Assembly: GCA_030053935.1 (NCBI GenBank) | Contig: JASGCU010000006.1 | Location: 1-60,429, forward strand | Source of the DNA: Chitinophagaceae bacterium | GTDB lineage: Bacteria; Bacteroidota; Bacteroidia; Cytophagales; JASGCU01 | Direction: 5' to 3' | DNA: 60,429 bases | Part shown: one piece after another, positions 20,752 through 30,600 of the stretch | How the letters are laid out: each line of letters opens with the position of its first letter | Position numbering within the stretch: the first letter of the stretch is position 1 | Position numbers and translations under genes: made by a program | The notes under the pieces: generated by a model | The model's input: only the letters and a program-made list of their open reading frames with translations | What the model was told of the DNA's origin: nothing | Databases searched by the model: none

Positions 20752-21135
20752 TTATAATGGAATAGATAATATCTTGTTTAATATCATTAATAATAGAGTC
20801 ACCAGAGCAGGTAACCCCTGCACAAAAAATATTTTTTTATTTACTGTGAAAGACCCGAAAATTCCGGCGATAGAAACACATACTAAAAAGAAGTACGCTA
20901 CGTAACTTTTCCATTCCACATCTTGAATGCATAAACTCCACACTAAACCTGCTACCAAAAAACCATTATAAAGCCCTTGATTAGCTGCAAAAGCCTTTGT
21001 TTTTGAAAATAATTCCTTAGAAAAATGAGTGAATATCTTTGGACCTCTTGTTGTCCATGCGAACATTTCAAACCAAAAAATATAAGTATGAAACAAAGCT
21101 ATTATGCAAATGAAAAAATGAATGATGAACCACAT
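20752..21135 (-). CDS. DUF1304 family membrane protein
   Basis: 127 aa, 4 TM segments, FEMFAWTTRG and ANQGLYNGFLVAGL motifs. Confidence 0.7.
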   Translation of the reverse strand: MWFIIHFFICIIALFHTYIFWFEMFAWTTRGPKIFTHFSKELFSKTKAFAANQGLYNGFLVAGLVWSLCIQDVEWKSYVAYFFLVCVSIAGIFGSFTVNKKIFFVQGLPALVTLLLMILNKILSIPL

Positions 21136-21145
21136 AGTTTATGAG

Positions 21146-21425
21146 TCTTTATGCTCTTAATAATATAGAGAATGGTAAAAAAAATAAAATAATAATGAGT
21201 ATACTCCAAAAAATCACCTTTACAGAAATCAGAAATATTGAGTTTTAAAATTATTGACAATCAAACATTTACAAAACTATAAGTGCATCAAAAAAGAATT
21301 TTTGTAGAGGACTCAATAACATAGTATTTATTTCGGTTACTCTTGATATATGTTCAAAATTTTTGTTAATTTAAACTTGTAAAAATCATACAAGTACATA
21401 AAATAATAAATACTTCCTAATATAT
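21146..21425. repeat. repeat family 3, copy B (interrupted by a family-2 insertion)
   Basis: 21146-21195 and 21315-21425 align with a contiguous sequence at 35345-35497 (CTCTTAATAA..GGTAAAAAAATAAAATAATAA|CATA.TATTTATTT..GGTTA..ATATGTTC..TACATAAAATA). Same orientation, immediately 5' of a minus-strand gene. Confidence 0.7.
21196..21314. mobile_element. repeat family 2 element (MITE-like) inserted into family-3 repeat
   Basis: 119 bp with ends (T)GAGTATACTCC ... GAGGACTC and core AATATTGAGTTTTAAAATTATTGACAATCAAACATTTACAAAACTATAAGTG. Flanked by AATAA on both sides (21191-21195 and 21315-21319), whereas the paralogous site at ~35390-35400 has a single AATAA. Confidence 0.75.
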
Positions 21426-21451
21426 TATGTACTTAATTGGGAAAAAGATAA

Positions 21452-21548
21452 AGGTGGGTTCTAAAAATTGATTTCTTCAAAAAAAGTGTTGGTAACTATT
21501 GGTTTTTAAGGGATACAGTTTTTAGGATTTGAATTTTTAGAACGCCCC
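21452..21548. mobile_element. MITE-like element, family 1, copy 2 (inverted relative to copy 1)
   Basis: Ends AAGGTGGGTTCTAAAAATT ... AATTTTTAGAACGCCCC. The interior is the reverse complement of copy 1 (AAAAAGTGTTGGTAACTATTGGTTTTTAAGGGATACAG). Confidence 0.75.
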
Positions 21549-21694
21549 AACACATTTTTTTATAAATTTATCTCTATTTAACGCTCTCAAAATTATTACT
21601 ATGGGAACAAAAAACAACATACGATAAAAAATTAAGTACTTGTACATATATTAACTAAGGAAATTATTTTGGTGCTTCAAAGCAATGAAAAAAC

Positions 21695-21829
21695 ATGATT
21701 AAAGAATATAAAAAAGAAAATAGGGAGATATATTCCAATAAAGTTTTAGTAGACGATGTGATACGAGGTATAAAAGTATTCAGAATATTATCTGAGAAAT
21801 ATAGAAATAGAAGAAACGATACGGATTGA
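21695..21829 (+). pseudogene. short C-terminal remnant of a DDE transposase (IS5/DDE_Tnp_4-like)
   Basis: The 44-codon ORF reads MIKEYKKENREIYSNKVLVDDVIRGIKVFRILSEKYRNRRNDTD. The pattern (V.V..VI..IK.FRIL...YRNRR) resembles the C-terminal region of IS5-group transposases. No upstream catalytic region is present. Confidence 0.4.
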
Positions 21830-21878
21830 GATTACATCTTATATAAAAGAGGTTTATTTATTTTTAAGAAAACAAGAG

Positions 21879-23045
21879 ATGGTGCTTACTATATTGAAAA
21901 AGATACCTCAACCGCTTCGGTTACGTATAGCTGTGGGTTCTTTTTTTTTCTTTTTTGGAATGACTTTTGCAAGCTGGGCTTCTCGTATTCCTGATATTCA
22001 AACGTACTTTCTGTTGTCAGATGCAACATTAGGGAATATGCTGTTGATAATTCCTATAGGGAGTTTGCTTGCGTTGTTATCAACGGGTTATCTCATTCAG
22101 AGGTTTGGCAGTAAGCGAGTTCTTGTGTCTGCGATGGTTTGTTATATGTGTTTATTGCTCTGTATTGGGGTTGTAAAAAGTATATATATACTCTGTGGAG
22201 TGCTTTTGATATTTGGTTTTTGTGGTAATGTGTTAAATATTTCTATGAATACTCAGGCGTTGTTGGTTCAGAAAATATATGGTAAGATTATCATAGCCAG
22301 TTTTCATGGATTATGGAGTTTATCGGGTTTTGTAGGTGCTTTTATAGGGTTATTTATGACCTCATATAGTATAGTTCCTGCGTATCATTTTTTTTTGATG
22401 TTATGCTTTGTGTTATCGGGAGTACTCTTAGTGCATTCGTTTCTTTCTTCGGATAAGCCTGCCAATAGTATTGAAAAAAAGAAGATAGTATTTTATAAGC
22501 CCGATTCTGCATTGGTAAAAATAGGAGTGATAGCATTTTGTGGTTTAGTGTGTGAGGGCTGTATGTTTGATTGGAGTGGAGTGTATTTTAGAGATGTAGT
22601 AAAAGTAGATAAAGAGTTGATATTAGTGGGGTACTCTGCGTTTTTATTTACGATGGCTATGGGGAGATTTATAAGTGATACCATTACAAATATGATGGGG
22701 ACAAGGCGTATGCTTATTATAAGCGGAATACTTATGTGTAGTGGTCTTCTTCTTGCAGTTCTGTTTCCGTCTTTGGTATTTGCCACTTTGGGGTTTACTT
22801 TGGTGGGTTTGGGGAGCTCTTCTGTTGTTCCTGTTGCGTATACTATTGCAGGTAATTCTCAAAAGATACCACCAAGTTTTGCTCTTTCTCTGGTTTCTTC
22901 TATTGGTTTTTCAGGTTTTTTATTTGGACCGCCCCTTATAGGCTACATTTCTCATTATAGTAATCTTCGATATTCTTTTGCTGTAGTAGCAATGATAGGA
23001 GGTTTTATAGTACTTCTTACTTTTTTCATGAAAGAGAAAAAATAA
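21879..23045 (+). CDS. MFS transporter
   Basis: 388 aa, 12 predicted TM segments, central loop SSDKPANSIEKKKIVFYKPD. Confidence 0.75.
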   Translation: MVLTILKKIPQPLRLRIAVGSFFFFFGMTFASWASRIPDIQTYFLLSDATLGNMLLIIPIGSLLALLSTGYLIQRFGSKRVLVSAMVCYMCLLLCIGVVKSIYILCGVLLIFGFCGNVLNISMNTQALLVQKIYGKIIIASFHGLWSLSGFVGAFIGLFMTSYSIVPAYHFFLMLCFVLSGVLLVHSFLSSDKPANSIEKKKIVFYKPDSALVKIGVIAFCGLVCEGCMFDWSGVYFRDVVKVDKELILVGYSAFLFTMAMGRFISDTITNMMGTRRMLIISGILMCSGLLLAVLFPSLVFATLGFTLVGLGSSSVVPVAYTIAGNSQKIPPSFALSLVSSIGFSGFLFGPPLIGYISHYSNLRYSFAVVAMIGGFIVLLTFFMKEKK

Positions 23046-23274
23046 GTTTGTGTATATAGGTGCAATTTTTTTTAATTTTTAGAGAAAATATAATACATGA
23101 ATGATTTACAATGTTAAAAGTATGAAATTTTATTATATTTTTTGTGTAAGGTAAGTATATTATTTTCAAATGTATATATTGACGTTGTCCATTGTATATA
23201 AAACTTGAAAGTTAACAAATTATTGAGTTTCTCATTTTTTATGGTTCATATTATAGTAACAAATTAAAAATAAA

Positions 23275-24531
23275 ATGCAAGATAGCACATTAAAAAAGAT
23301 GCTTTTTTATTGTTTTTTCAAAGTAAAAAAACAAGGAGTATGTGTATTAATAAGTGGGGTTCTCTTAGTAAGCTGCGAGAAAAAGATCGAAGTCCCAATT
23401 TATAATGCAGGAGATTTAGTAAGTTTTTCTCTTGTAGGCGATACTCGTACTATTGCAGATTTAACATCGGTAGCAAATTTAGTAAAGAGTGTTGGACTCA
23501 CCTTTGACGCAACAGAGATAAAATATGATGTAGATCTCTATACCATAGTTTATAAAACGACTTACAAAGGAGAACTCGTAGATGCTTCGGGGTTAGTGGC
23601 ATTACCTAAAAATACAACTAAAGCATTTGGAATGTTTAGTTATCAGCATGGGACTATAGTTGCCCATTCTGAAGCTCCAACCCAAAATGCAGGGAATCTT
23701 ACTTCTGAGGTATCTTTAGTAAATGTTCTTTCGGGAACGGGATTTATTGGAGTAATACCTGATTATATAGGATTTGGTGCATCGAAACAAATTTTACATC
23801 CATACTATGTGGCTGATGTAATGGCAGGTAGTGTGGTAGATATGCTGAAAGCAGCTAAAAAACTATCCACAGATAAAAACGTGATATTTAATAATAAACT
23901 ATTTTTAGTTGGTTATTCCGAAGGAGGATACGTGACAATGGCTACACATAAATATATTGAAAAAAATGGATTAGATGGTTTTCAATTAACAGCATCTTTT
24001 CCAGCTTCGGGAGGGTATTATGTAAAAAAAATGCAGGAGAAATTTTTTACTCTTACCCAGTATGATAATCCATTCTATATAGCGTTTGTTGCACTTTCCT
24101 ATAAAAACACGTATAGTTGGACAAATCCATTATCTGACATGTTTCAAGAACCATACACATCGAAACTCGTCTCCCTTTTTGATGGAACAAAAAAAAGTAG
24201 TGATATTAACAAGGAACTTACCACTAGTATTCCCAATCTTATTAATGCCGATGCCATTAAAAATTTTGATACCGATGCTAAATATAAAAACATGAGAGAT
24301 GCTCTTGTTTCTAATAGTTTGATAGATTGGACACCGAACATTCCTATGTATATGTATCATGGGGATGCAGATGTAACTGTTTTTTATGAAAACTCTGTAG
24401 ATACTTATAATCTTTTTTTAAGCAAAGGAGCAAAAAATGTCACTCTCACAACAATACCAAACGGAAATCATCTGACTTCGGTTTATCCATATATAAATGA
24501 TGTAGCTGCTAAGCTATTGATGTTACGATAA
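23275..24531 (+). CDS. secreted lipoprotein, alpha/beta-hydrolase (lipase-like)
   Basis: Lipobox LLVSC, nucleophile elbow GYSEGG (FLVGYSEGGYVTMATH), late HGDADVTV and NGNH. 418 aa. Confidence 0.7.
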   Translation: MQDSTLKKMLFYCFFKVKKQGVCVLISGVLLVSCEKKIEVPIYNAGDLVSFSLVGDTRTIADLTSVANLVKSVGLTFDATEIKYDVDLYTIVYKTTYKGELVDASGLVALPKNTTKAFGMFSYQHGTIVAHSEAPTQNAGNLTSEVSLVNVLSGTGFIGVIPDYIGFGASKQILHPYYVADVMAGSVVDMLKAAKKLSTDKNVIFNNKLFLVGYSEGGYVTMATHKYIEKNGLDGFQLTASFPASGGYYVKKMQEKFFTLTQYDNPFYIAFVALSYKNTYSWTNPLSDMFQEPYTSKLVSLFDGTKKSSDINKELTTSIPNLINADAIKNFDTDAKYKNMRDALVSNSLIDWTPNIPMYMYHGDADVTVFYENSVDTYNLFLSKGAKNVTLTTIPNGNHLTSVYPYINDVAAKLLMLR

Positions 24532-24534
24532 TTA

Positions 24535-24918
24535 ATGAATACTACTTTTCGTGATGTGGAAGAATATATTCATAGTTTTCCACAAGATGTTCAAGAGATA
24601 TTGCAAAAAATACGTGTGATTATAAAAGAGAATATTCCTGAGGTATCAGAGCAGATAAGTTATGGTATGCCTGCGTATAAATTATATGGAAAACCACTTG
24701 TGTATTTTGGAGCTTATAGACATCATATAGGATTCTATGCTACTCCATCGGGTCATTCGGAGTTTGCTGAAGAACTTTCACATTATAAACGAGGGAAAGG
24801 TTCTGTTCAGTTTCCTATTGATAAACCTATTCCTTTTGATCTTATATCTCGTATAGTGAAATTTAGAGCCATGGAAAATCAGAAAAAGGAAACCAAGTCA
24901 TCTTTTCAAAGAGGATAG
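24535..24918 (+). CDS. DUF1801 (YdhG-like) domain protein
   Basis: VEEYIHSFPQDVQEILQKIRVIIKENIPEVSEQISYGMPAYKLYGKPLVYFGAYRHHIGFY. Starts 4 nt after the lipase-like gene. Confidence 0.7.
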   Translation: MNTTFRDVEEYIHSFPQDVQEILQKIRVIIKENIPEVSEQISYGMPAYKLYGKPLVYFGAYRHHIGFYATPSGHSEFAEELSHYKRGKGSVQFPIDKPIPFDLISRIVKFRAMENQKKETKSSFQRG

Positions 24919-24957
24919 AAAGAGACTTTATATACTCCCAAAGAAAGAACGTATTTA

Positions 24958-26121
24958 TTATATGGTACTTTTCAAAGCAGTATTTATATCATATATGAGG
25001 TCATCGCTATCTTCTATTCCTATACTTAATCGGATGAGATTATCTGTGAGTCCATTTTTGAGGCGTTCTTCTTTAGGAATGGAAGCGTGTGTCATACTTG
25101 CGGGATGATTTATGAGAGATTCTACCCCACCTAAACTTTCTGCCAATGAAAATATAGAAGTAGAAGAGAGAACCTTTTTTATATATTCGGGATTTGTATT
25201 TTTGAGAGTAAAGCTGAGCATTGCTCCAAACAATCTCATTTGTTTCTGAGATACTTTATATCCTGGGTGGTCGGTAAACCCATTCCAAAATACTTTTTCT
25301 ACTTGTGTGTTTTCTTTGAGAGCGTATGCTATTTTTTCTGCATTGAAACAGTGTCTTTCCATCCGCAAATGTAGAGTTTTTAATCCTCTTAATACTAAAA
25401 AACAATCTTGTGGTCCGGGAACTGCCCCGCAGCTTTTTTGAATAAAATAGAGTTTATCTCTGAGTTCCGAATCATTCATCATCAAAGCACCTTGTATGAC
25501 ATCACTATGTCCGCTCATATATTTGGTAGCAGAGTGCATCACAATATCTGCTCCTAAGGTAAGAGGATTTTGAATATATGGGGATGCAAATGTATTGTCA
25601 ACGGCGGTAAGGATATTTTTTGCTTTTGCGATAGAGGTTACTTGTTCTATATCTATTATGTTTATAAGAGGATTGGTAGGGGTTTCTATCCATATCAGTT
25701 TTGTTTTTTGGGTTATATATGGGATTATATTTTTTGGATTTTCCATATTTACAAAATGAAATTTGATGCCAAATGGTTGGAATATTTTTAGAAATATTCT
25801 ATAGCTTCCTCCATACAGATCATTACAGGCAATAACTTCATCACCTGGTTTCAAAAGTTTGAGAACCGCATCCGTAGCTGCCAAACCACTGGAAAAAGAA
25901 AGTCCATATTTTCCGTTTTCTAAAATGGCTATGGCTGTTTCTAATGCTGTTCTGGTGGGATTTTGAGATCTTGCGTATTCATATCCTTTATGAATTCCGG
26001 GGCTTTCTTGGACGAAAGTAGAAGTTTGATAAATGGGTGTCATTATTGCTCCTGTGGTCGGGTCGGGTTGGACACCTGCATGGACGGCTTTTGTTGCAAA
26101 TTTTGTGTCTTTTATTTTCAT
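24958..26121 (-). CDS. PLP-dependent transsulfuration enzyme (cystathionine beta-lyase/gamma-lyase/gamma-synthase family)
   Basis: 387 aa; YEYARSQNPTR, PLP-lysine motif SATKYMSGHSDV, C-terminal RLSIGIED. Confidence 0.88.
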   Translation of the reverse strand: MKIKDTKFATKAVHAGVQPDPTTGAIMTPIYQTSTFVQESPGIHKGYEYARSQNPTRTALETAIAILENGKYGLSFSSGLAATDAVLKLLKPGDEVIACNDLYGGSYRIFLKIFQPFGIKFHFVNMENPKNIIPYITQKTKLIWIETPTNPLINIIDIEQVTSIAKAKNILTAVDNTFASPYIQNPLTLGADIVMHSATKYMSGHSDVIQGALMMNDSELRDKLYFIQKSCGAVPGPQDCFLVLRGLKTLHLRMERHCFNAEKIAYALKENTQVEKVFWNGFTDHPGYKVSQKQMRLFGAMLSFTLKNTNPEYIKKVLSSTSIFSLAESLGGVESLINHPASMTHASIPKEERLKNGLTDNLIRLSIGIEDSDDLIYDINTALKSTI

Positions 26122-26325
26122 TTTGTATAAAGTATGTTTTTATGTATGGTATGAGACAAATCCATTCATTCTCTTATTATGTTGATTATATATTACTAAA
26201 ATGGTTTATTGATTATTATTTTCTCTGTTTTTAATACATTTTGCTTTTGAAGCACATAACCATAATATATATTTTTTCGATAAATTTTGAGTAAAAATAG
26301 TTTTTAAAATGTATAAATAATATAT

Positions 26326-26384
26326 ATTATTTACTCGCCTTACGCAAAAGCAAAAATATCATAAAAATTCATGCCTTTAACGTT
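26326..26384. mobile_element. solo terminal fragment of the IS4-like element found at 49144-50368
   Basis: ATTATTTACTCGCCTTACGCAAAAGCAAAAATATCATAAAAATTCATGCCTTTAACGTT aligns with the reverse complement of 50310-50368 (ATTATTTACTCCCCTTACCCAAAAATATCATAAAATTTTATACCTTTACATTT). It is abutted by a family-2 element. Confidence 0.65.
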
Positions 26385-26489
26385 GAGTCCACCCAGAAAG
26401 TTTTCTTTTGATAAGTTTATAACTTTGTAAAATTTGATTATCAATAGTTTTAAAACTCAATATTCTTGTAAAAAAGACTTTTCGGACTC
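26385..26489. mobile_element. repeat family 2 element (opposite orientation to the other copies)
   Basis: 105 bp bounded by GAGTCCACCCAGAAAG ... CTTTTCGGACTC (inverted ends). Core TTGATAAGTTTATAACTTTGTAAAATTTGATTATCAATAGTTTTAAAACTCAATATT. Confidence 0.75.
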
Positions 26490-26512
26490 TTTATCGTATC
26501 TGCTCATTATTG

Positions 26513-27583
26513 TTATTCTATTGCAATAGTAATATCTTGTGTTCTAGGCTGAGAGACACAGCAGAGTATGTAGTTATTTTGTCTTTCTTCATCGGATAAG
26601 CTATCTATTTCTTTCATTTGCACTTTTCCTGTTATAAGTTTTCCTCTACATGCGGTGCAGATACCACTTTGACAGGAGTATGGCATATCTATGTTATGGG
26701 ATAGTCCTACTTCTAAAATGGTTTTATTATGAGGGACATCTATAAAAAACTCCTGCCCTTGTAATAAAATAGTGACTTTACTGGATTTTGAATTTGTGGG
26801 AGCAATATTATCATTGGATTCATCATCGGGAAAGGATACAAATACTTCTTTATGAATGGTATTTTTTGGTATTCCTAATGTTTGTAAGCTTTCTATTATT
26901 ATATCCATCATCGGGGCGGGTCCGCATGTATAGTATTCTTTTGCTAATGGAACGGTATCTGATACTTCCTGTACTAGAGATTTTATGATGTCATGTGTGA
27001 TAAATCCTTTGTATGTTTCATAGTTTTCAAATGGTTGTTCTAGTATATGTATTATTTGCAATCTTTGGGGATTTGTATTTTGGATATGCTCTAATTCTTT
27101 TCTAAAAATAATAGATTCAAAGTCCCTATTTGCATATACGAGTAATATCTTGCTTTGTGGTTCTTGATGGATGATGGATTTCACCATCGAAAATAGGGGG
27201 GTGATACCGCTTCCTCCTGCAAAAAAGAGAAGATGTCTTTTATTTTTTGGAGAACAGGTTACGGTAAAATTCCCTAAGGGTGGGATAATTTGTAAGGTAT
27301 CCCCCGCCCGAAGTGTCTTGTGAATGAACTCAGTCATAACACCGTTGGGGATTTTTTTAATGGCTACAGATGGGAATTCTTTTAAGAATGGAGAAGAGGA
27401 GAGAGAATATGCTCTTTTGTATTTTTTTCCCCTTTTTTCTAATAAAAAGGTTATATACTGGCCTGGTTTATAGGTCAGTTTATGAATATCTTCAAAGATA
27501 ATGGCAATTGTGTCTTTTGTAAGAGAATGTATTTCTTTTATTTTGAGAGTATTGGTGCTTTTGTTTTTTGTAAAAAGATTCAT
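26513..27583 (-). CDS. ferredoxin-NAD(P) reductase-type flavoprotein with C-terminal 2Fe-2S ferredoxin domain
   Basis: FAD motif RAYSLSS, NAD motif GGSGITPL, plant-type ferredoxin Cys motif CQSGICTACRGK...C. 356 aa. Confidence 0.85.
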   Translation of the reverse strand: MNLFTKNKSTNTLKIKEIHSLTKDTIAIIFEDIHKLTYKPGQYITFLLEKRGKKYKRAYSLSSSPFLKEFPSVAIKKIPNGVMTEFIHKTLRAGDTLQIIPPLGNFTVTCSPKNKRHLLFFAGGSGITPLFSMVKSIIHQEPQSKILLVYANRDFESIIFRKELEHIQNTNPQRLQIIHILEQPFENYETYKGFITHDIIKSLVQEVSDTVPLAKEYYTCGPAPMMDIIIESLQTLGIPKNTIHKEVFVSFPDDESNDNIAPTNSKSSKVTILLQGQEFFIDVPHNKTILEVGLSHNIDMPYSCQSGICTACRGKLITGKVQMKEIDSLSDEERQNNYILCCVSQPRTQDITIAIE

Positions 27584-27629
27584 TTGTAAATAAAGTTTTG
27601 TGAGTGGGTTTAATGAAAATATTTTTACA

Positions 27630-30600
27630 TTACCTTTCTTTTATTATTTTTTCTGTTTTCAATATTCTTCCTCCTTCTCCATACATTATTACTATGTACT
27701 CTCCTTTTGAAAGATGCTTGATATCTATTTTCCATTCTAAAGGTGGTATTATCCGTTTTGAAAGCAGGAGTATTTTTCCAGATTTATCGTATATTTTGTA
27801 TGCTTCTATTTTCACGTTACTTTTTATAGTGATGTAGTCCTTGGCAGGGTTAGGGTAGAGTTTTATGGAGGAATTATAGGTTTTTATAAGGGTCAATGGA
27901 TCTCCGAATTCTGTAATAGTTATTATTTTTTCTTGGCTATTGGCAGGATTATATTCTGCATTTCCATTTTGAAAAGCGGTAACGGTGACTGTTCCGACTC
28001 TCATGGTAGTAATAGTATTACCTGTTATAGTTAACAAGTTACTATTTGCCATATAACTCACAGGCAAACTGCTACTTGCTGTTGCAAGCAGAGTATAAGT
28101 GCTATTGATAGAAAGAGTAGGCACATCGGGAAAGGTTATACTTTGAGTTTTTTTATTTGGGTCTATAATAATAAATTGTCTTCGGATGCTTTCGGCATCA
28201 TAAAATTCATCTCCTGTATTGTAGGCAGTTATTTCTACTGCTCCGGTTGATACTATGGTTACTGTATTTTTGGACAAGGATACAACATTACTGGAGGTAG
28301 AAAACAGTATTTCAAGATAACTTTGGGAAGTAGCGGTGAGAATAAATGGAGCATCTCCAATGCTTTTGTGAGGGATTTCTAAAAATACTATATGCTGGCT
28401 TTGTTTATTTATACTTATAGATGAGGTAGGAAATATTCTTAAAGATATTGTTTTCGATTCGGCGGGTAGATAGTTTTCATTTCCTGTCTGGTAAGCAGTA
28501 ATACTGGTTGGACCAGCCCAAACAATATTGACTGTATTACGGGAGAGAACTATTATAGTATTCGAAGAAGAATAGCTTATGGGTAAGGAACTACTGCTTG
28601 ATGCGGTTAATAGAAAAGGAGCATTTCCATACGTCTTATCAGAAAGTTGTAGAAAAGTGATGGTTTGGGTACCCTTCTGTATGGTTATTATTTGAGAAAC
28701 AGAAGCCTCAAAGTAGAAATCATCCCCAAGGTTATATGCTGTGATATTGGTGGTGCCTGCTCCGTTAATGGTGGCTGTATTCTGAAGAATTCTTATAATA
28801 GCAGAAGAAGAGCTGCTGAAAGAGATGGGTAAAGCGCTATGGGATGTTGCTACCAGTATAAAAGCACGGTCCCCATATGTTCTATCTGCGGGAATATTTA
28901 CAAAACGTATGCTCTGGTCCTTTTTGGTTACTTCTAAAACAAAAGTATCTTTCGCAGAAGTATAATTTGCATTACCCTTATTATAGGCTGTAATAACAAC
29001 AGTACCTGTTTTATAGATAACCCCTATGGTATCTTCATAAATATCCACAATAGATGGCATAGAGCTGCTATAGAGTACTTTGAGATTGCTACTTGCAGAG
29101 GCATGATTCAGAACAAAGTAGGGATCCACAACAGTTTTTCTTTCTATCTGACGAAAGAATCTCAGTTGTTGAGGATTTTTACTCACACGGAGATCTCGAG
29201 AAACAGGTATTGCGGCATAATACGTATTATTACCTGTGGAAAGAGCTATGATAGAAGTAGTTCCCGCTGCGTGTATGTGGATAGTATTTTCATTTACTGT
29301 GGCTATTTGAGTATTAGTACTTATATATTGTATGGGAAGTGATGATTTGCTGGTAGTACTGATGGTAAATGGTGCATCTCCTAATGTCTTCTGGGGAAGG
29401 GCAGAAAATGTAATCGTATCGGCTGTTCTTATGGTAGATGAGATAACAAAACTATCCTGAGCTCCCCAAGGGCTTCCCGAAAATCCCGCATCTATTGCCT
29501 GAACACTCCAATAATATTTACCATTTGCCAAGCCACTCAACCAATATATATTTCCCTGAATGGTACCTTGACCCACTATTTTACGAATTCCATCATTCGC
29601 TCCTCCTATAAAAGCATGAGAAGAACGAATATTGTCCCTTCCTCTTGTAGTGCCTACATACAGATTGTAATTTAATGTCTTCTCAGCGGTTTCTTCATCT
29701 CGAGAACTTTCCCATACCAATGTAACCCTATTACCTGCAGAGACAGAACTCTGTAAATTACGAGGAACTCCCGGTCTGCTATTCTTATCCAAACTTTCAT
29801 TCCTATACAGCTTCGCTATAGGAGTAGTAAAAACGTCAGAACCATTAAGCATTGTTCCTCCTATTATAAAAAAATCTAAGTCCCCATCGTTATCATAATC
29901 TGCAAAACTACTTCCGCCGTCCGATACAGGATAATTGCTTATTACTTCTTCTGCAGGGATAAATTCTCCATTGCTATTTTTATACAGAGAACAAACAACG
30001 GAACCCAAAGAAGAAAAATATCGAGTATATCCTGATATAAATATATCAAAGTCCCCATCGCCATCATAATCTGCAAAGTTCAGAGTAGGATATGTTAATC
30101 TTGGTATGGGGCTTGTGACTCTTGTAAGCGGAACGATACCATCATTTCTCTCTAAGAAAGAAACAGCTCTATAAGTATCATATCCAAGATATCCTCCCGC
30201 ATACAGGAGGTCTCTCCTGCCATCATTATTATAATCTGCTGCAATAAATTTTCCTCTATATAGTTTTTCAACCTGCTCGGCAGTATTATCTTGTCCCCTG
30301 AAGCGTGCCATACCTGTATTATTAAATACGTACACTTCTTGTTGGCTACCATTATTACCACTCGCATTATTGGTAACGATATCTATATCCCCATCGTTAT
30401 CAAAGTCAAAATCTACATGGGCATCTGCAAATGAGATACTATGACATTGAGGATTACATGAGGTAAAACCTGTGTTGTTGCTATTTTTAAAAAGAGTAGA
30501 GGAAGCACCGCTTATTCCTCCTGCAATAAATACATCCATATCACCGTCATTATCGTAGTCGTTTATACTGCTGGCTGTTCCTGTGACTCCATTTATACCA

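Noticed and set aside
22354-22941. Several 60-97 aa ORFs on both strands within the second MFS gene
   Set aside because: They are overlapping shadow ORFs inside a 12-TM transporter gene and carry no independent support.
26122-26325. SAM riboswitch or leader upstream of the transsulfuration gene
   Set aside because: The minus-strand leader lacks the SAM-I/SAM-II conserved cores. Only short AT-rich hairpins are present.
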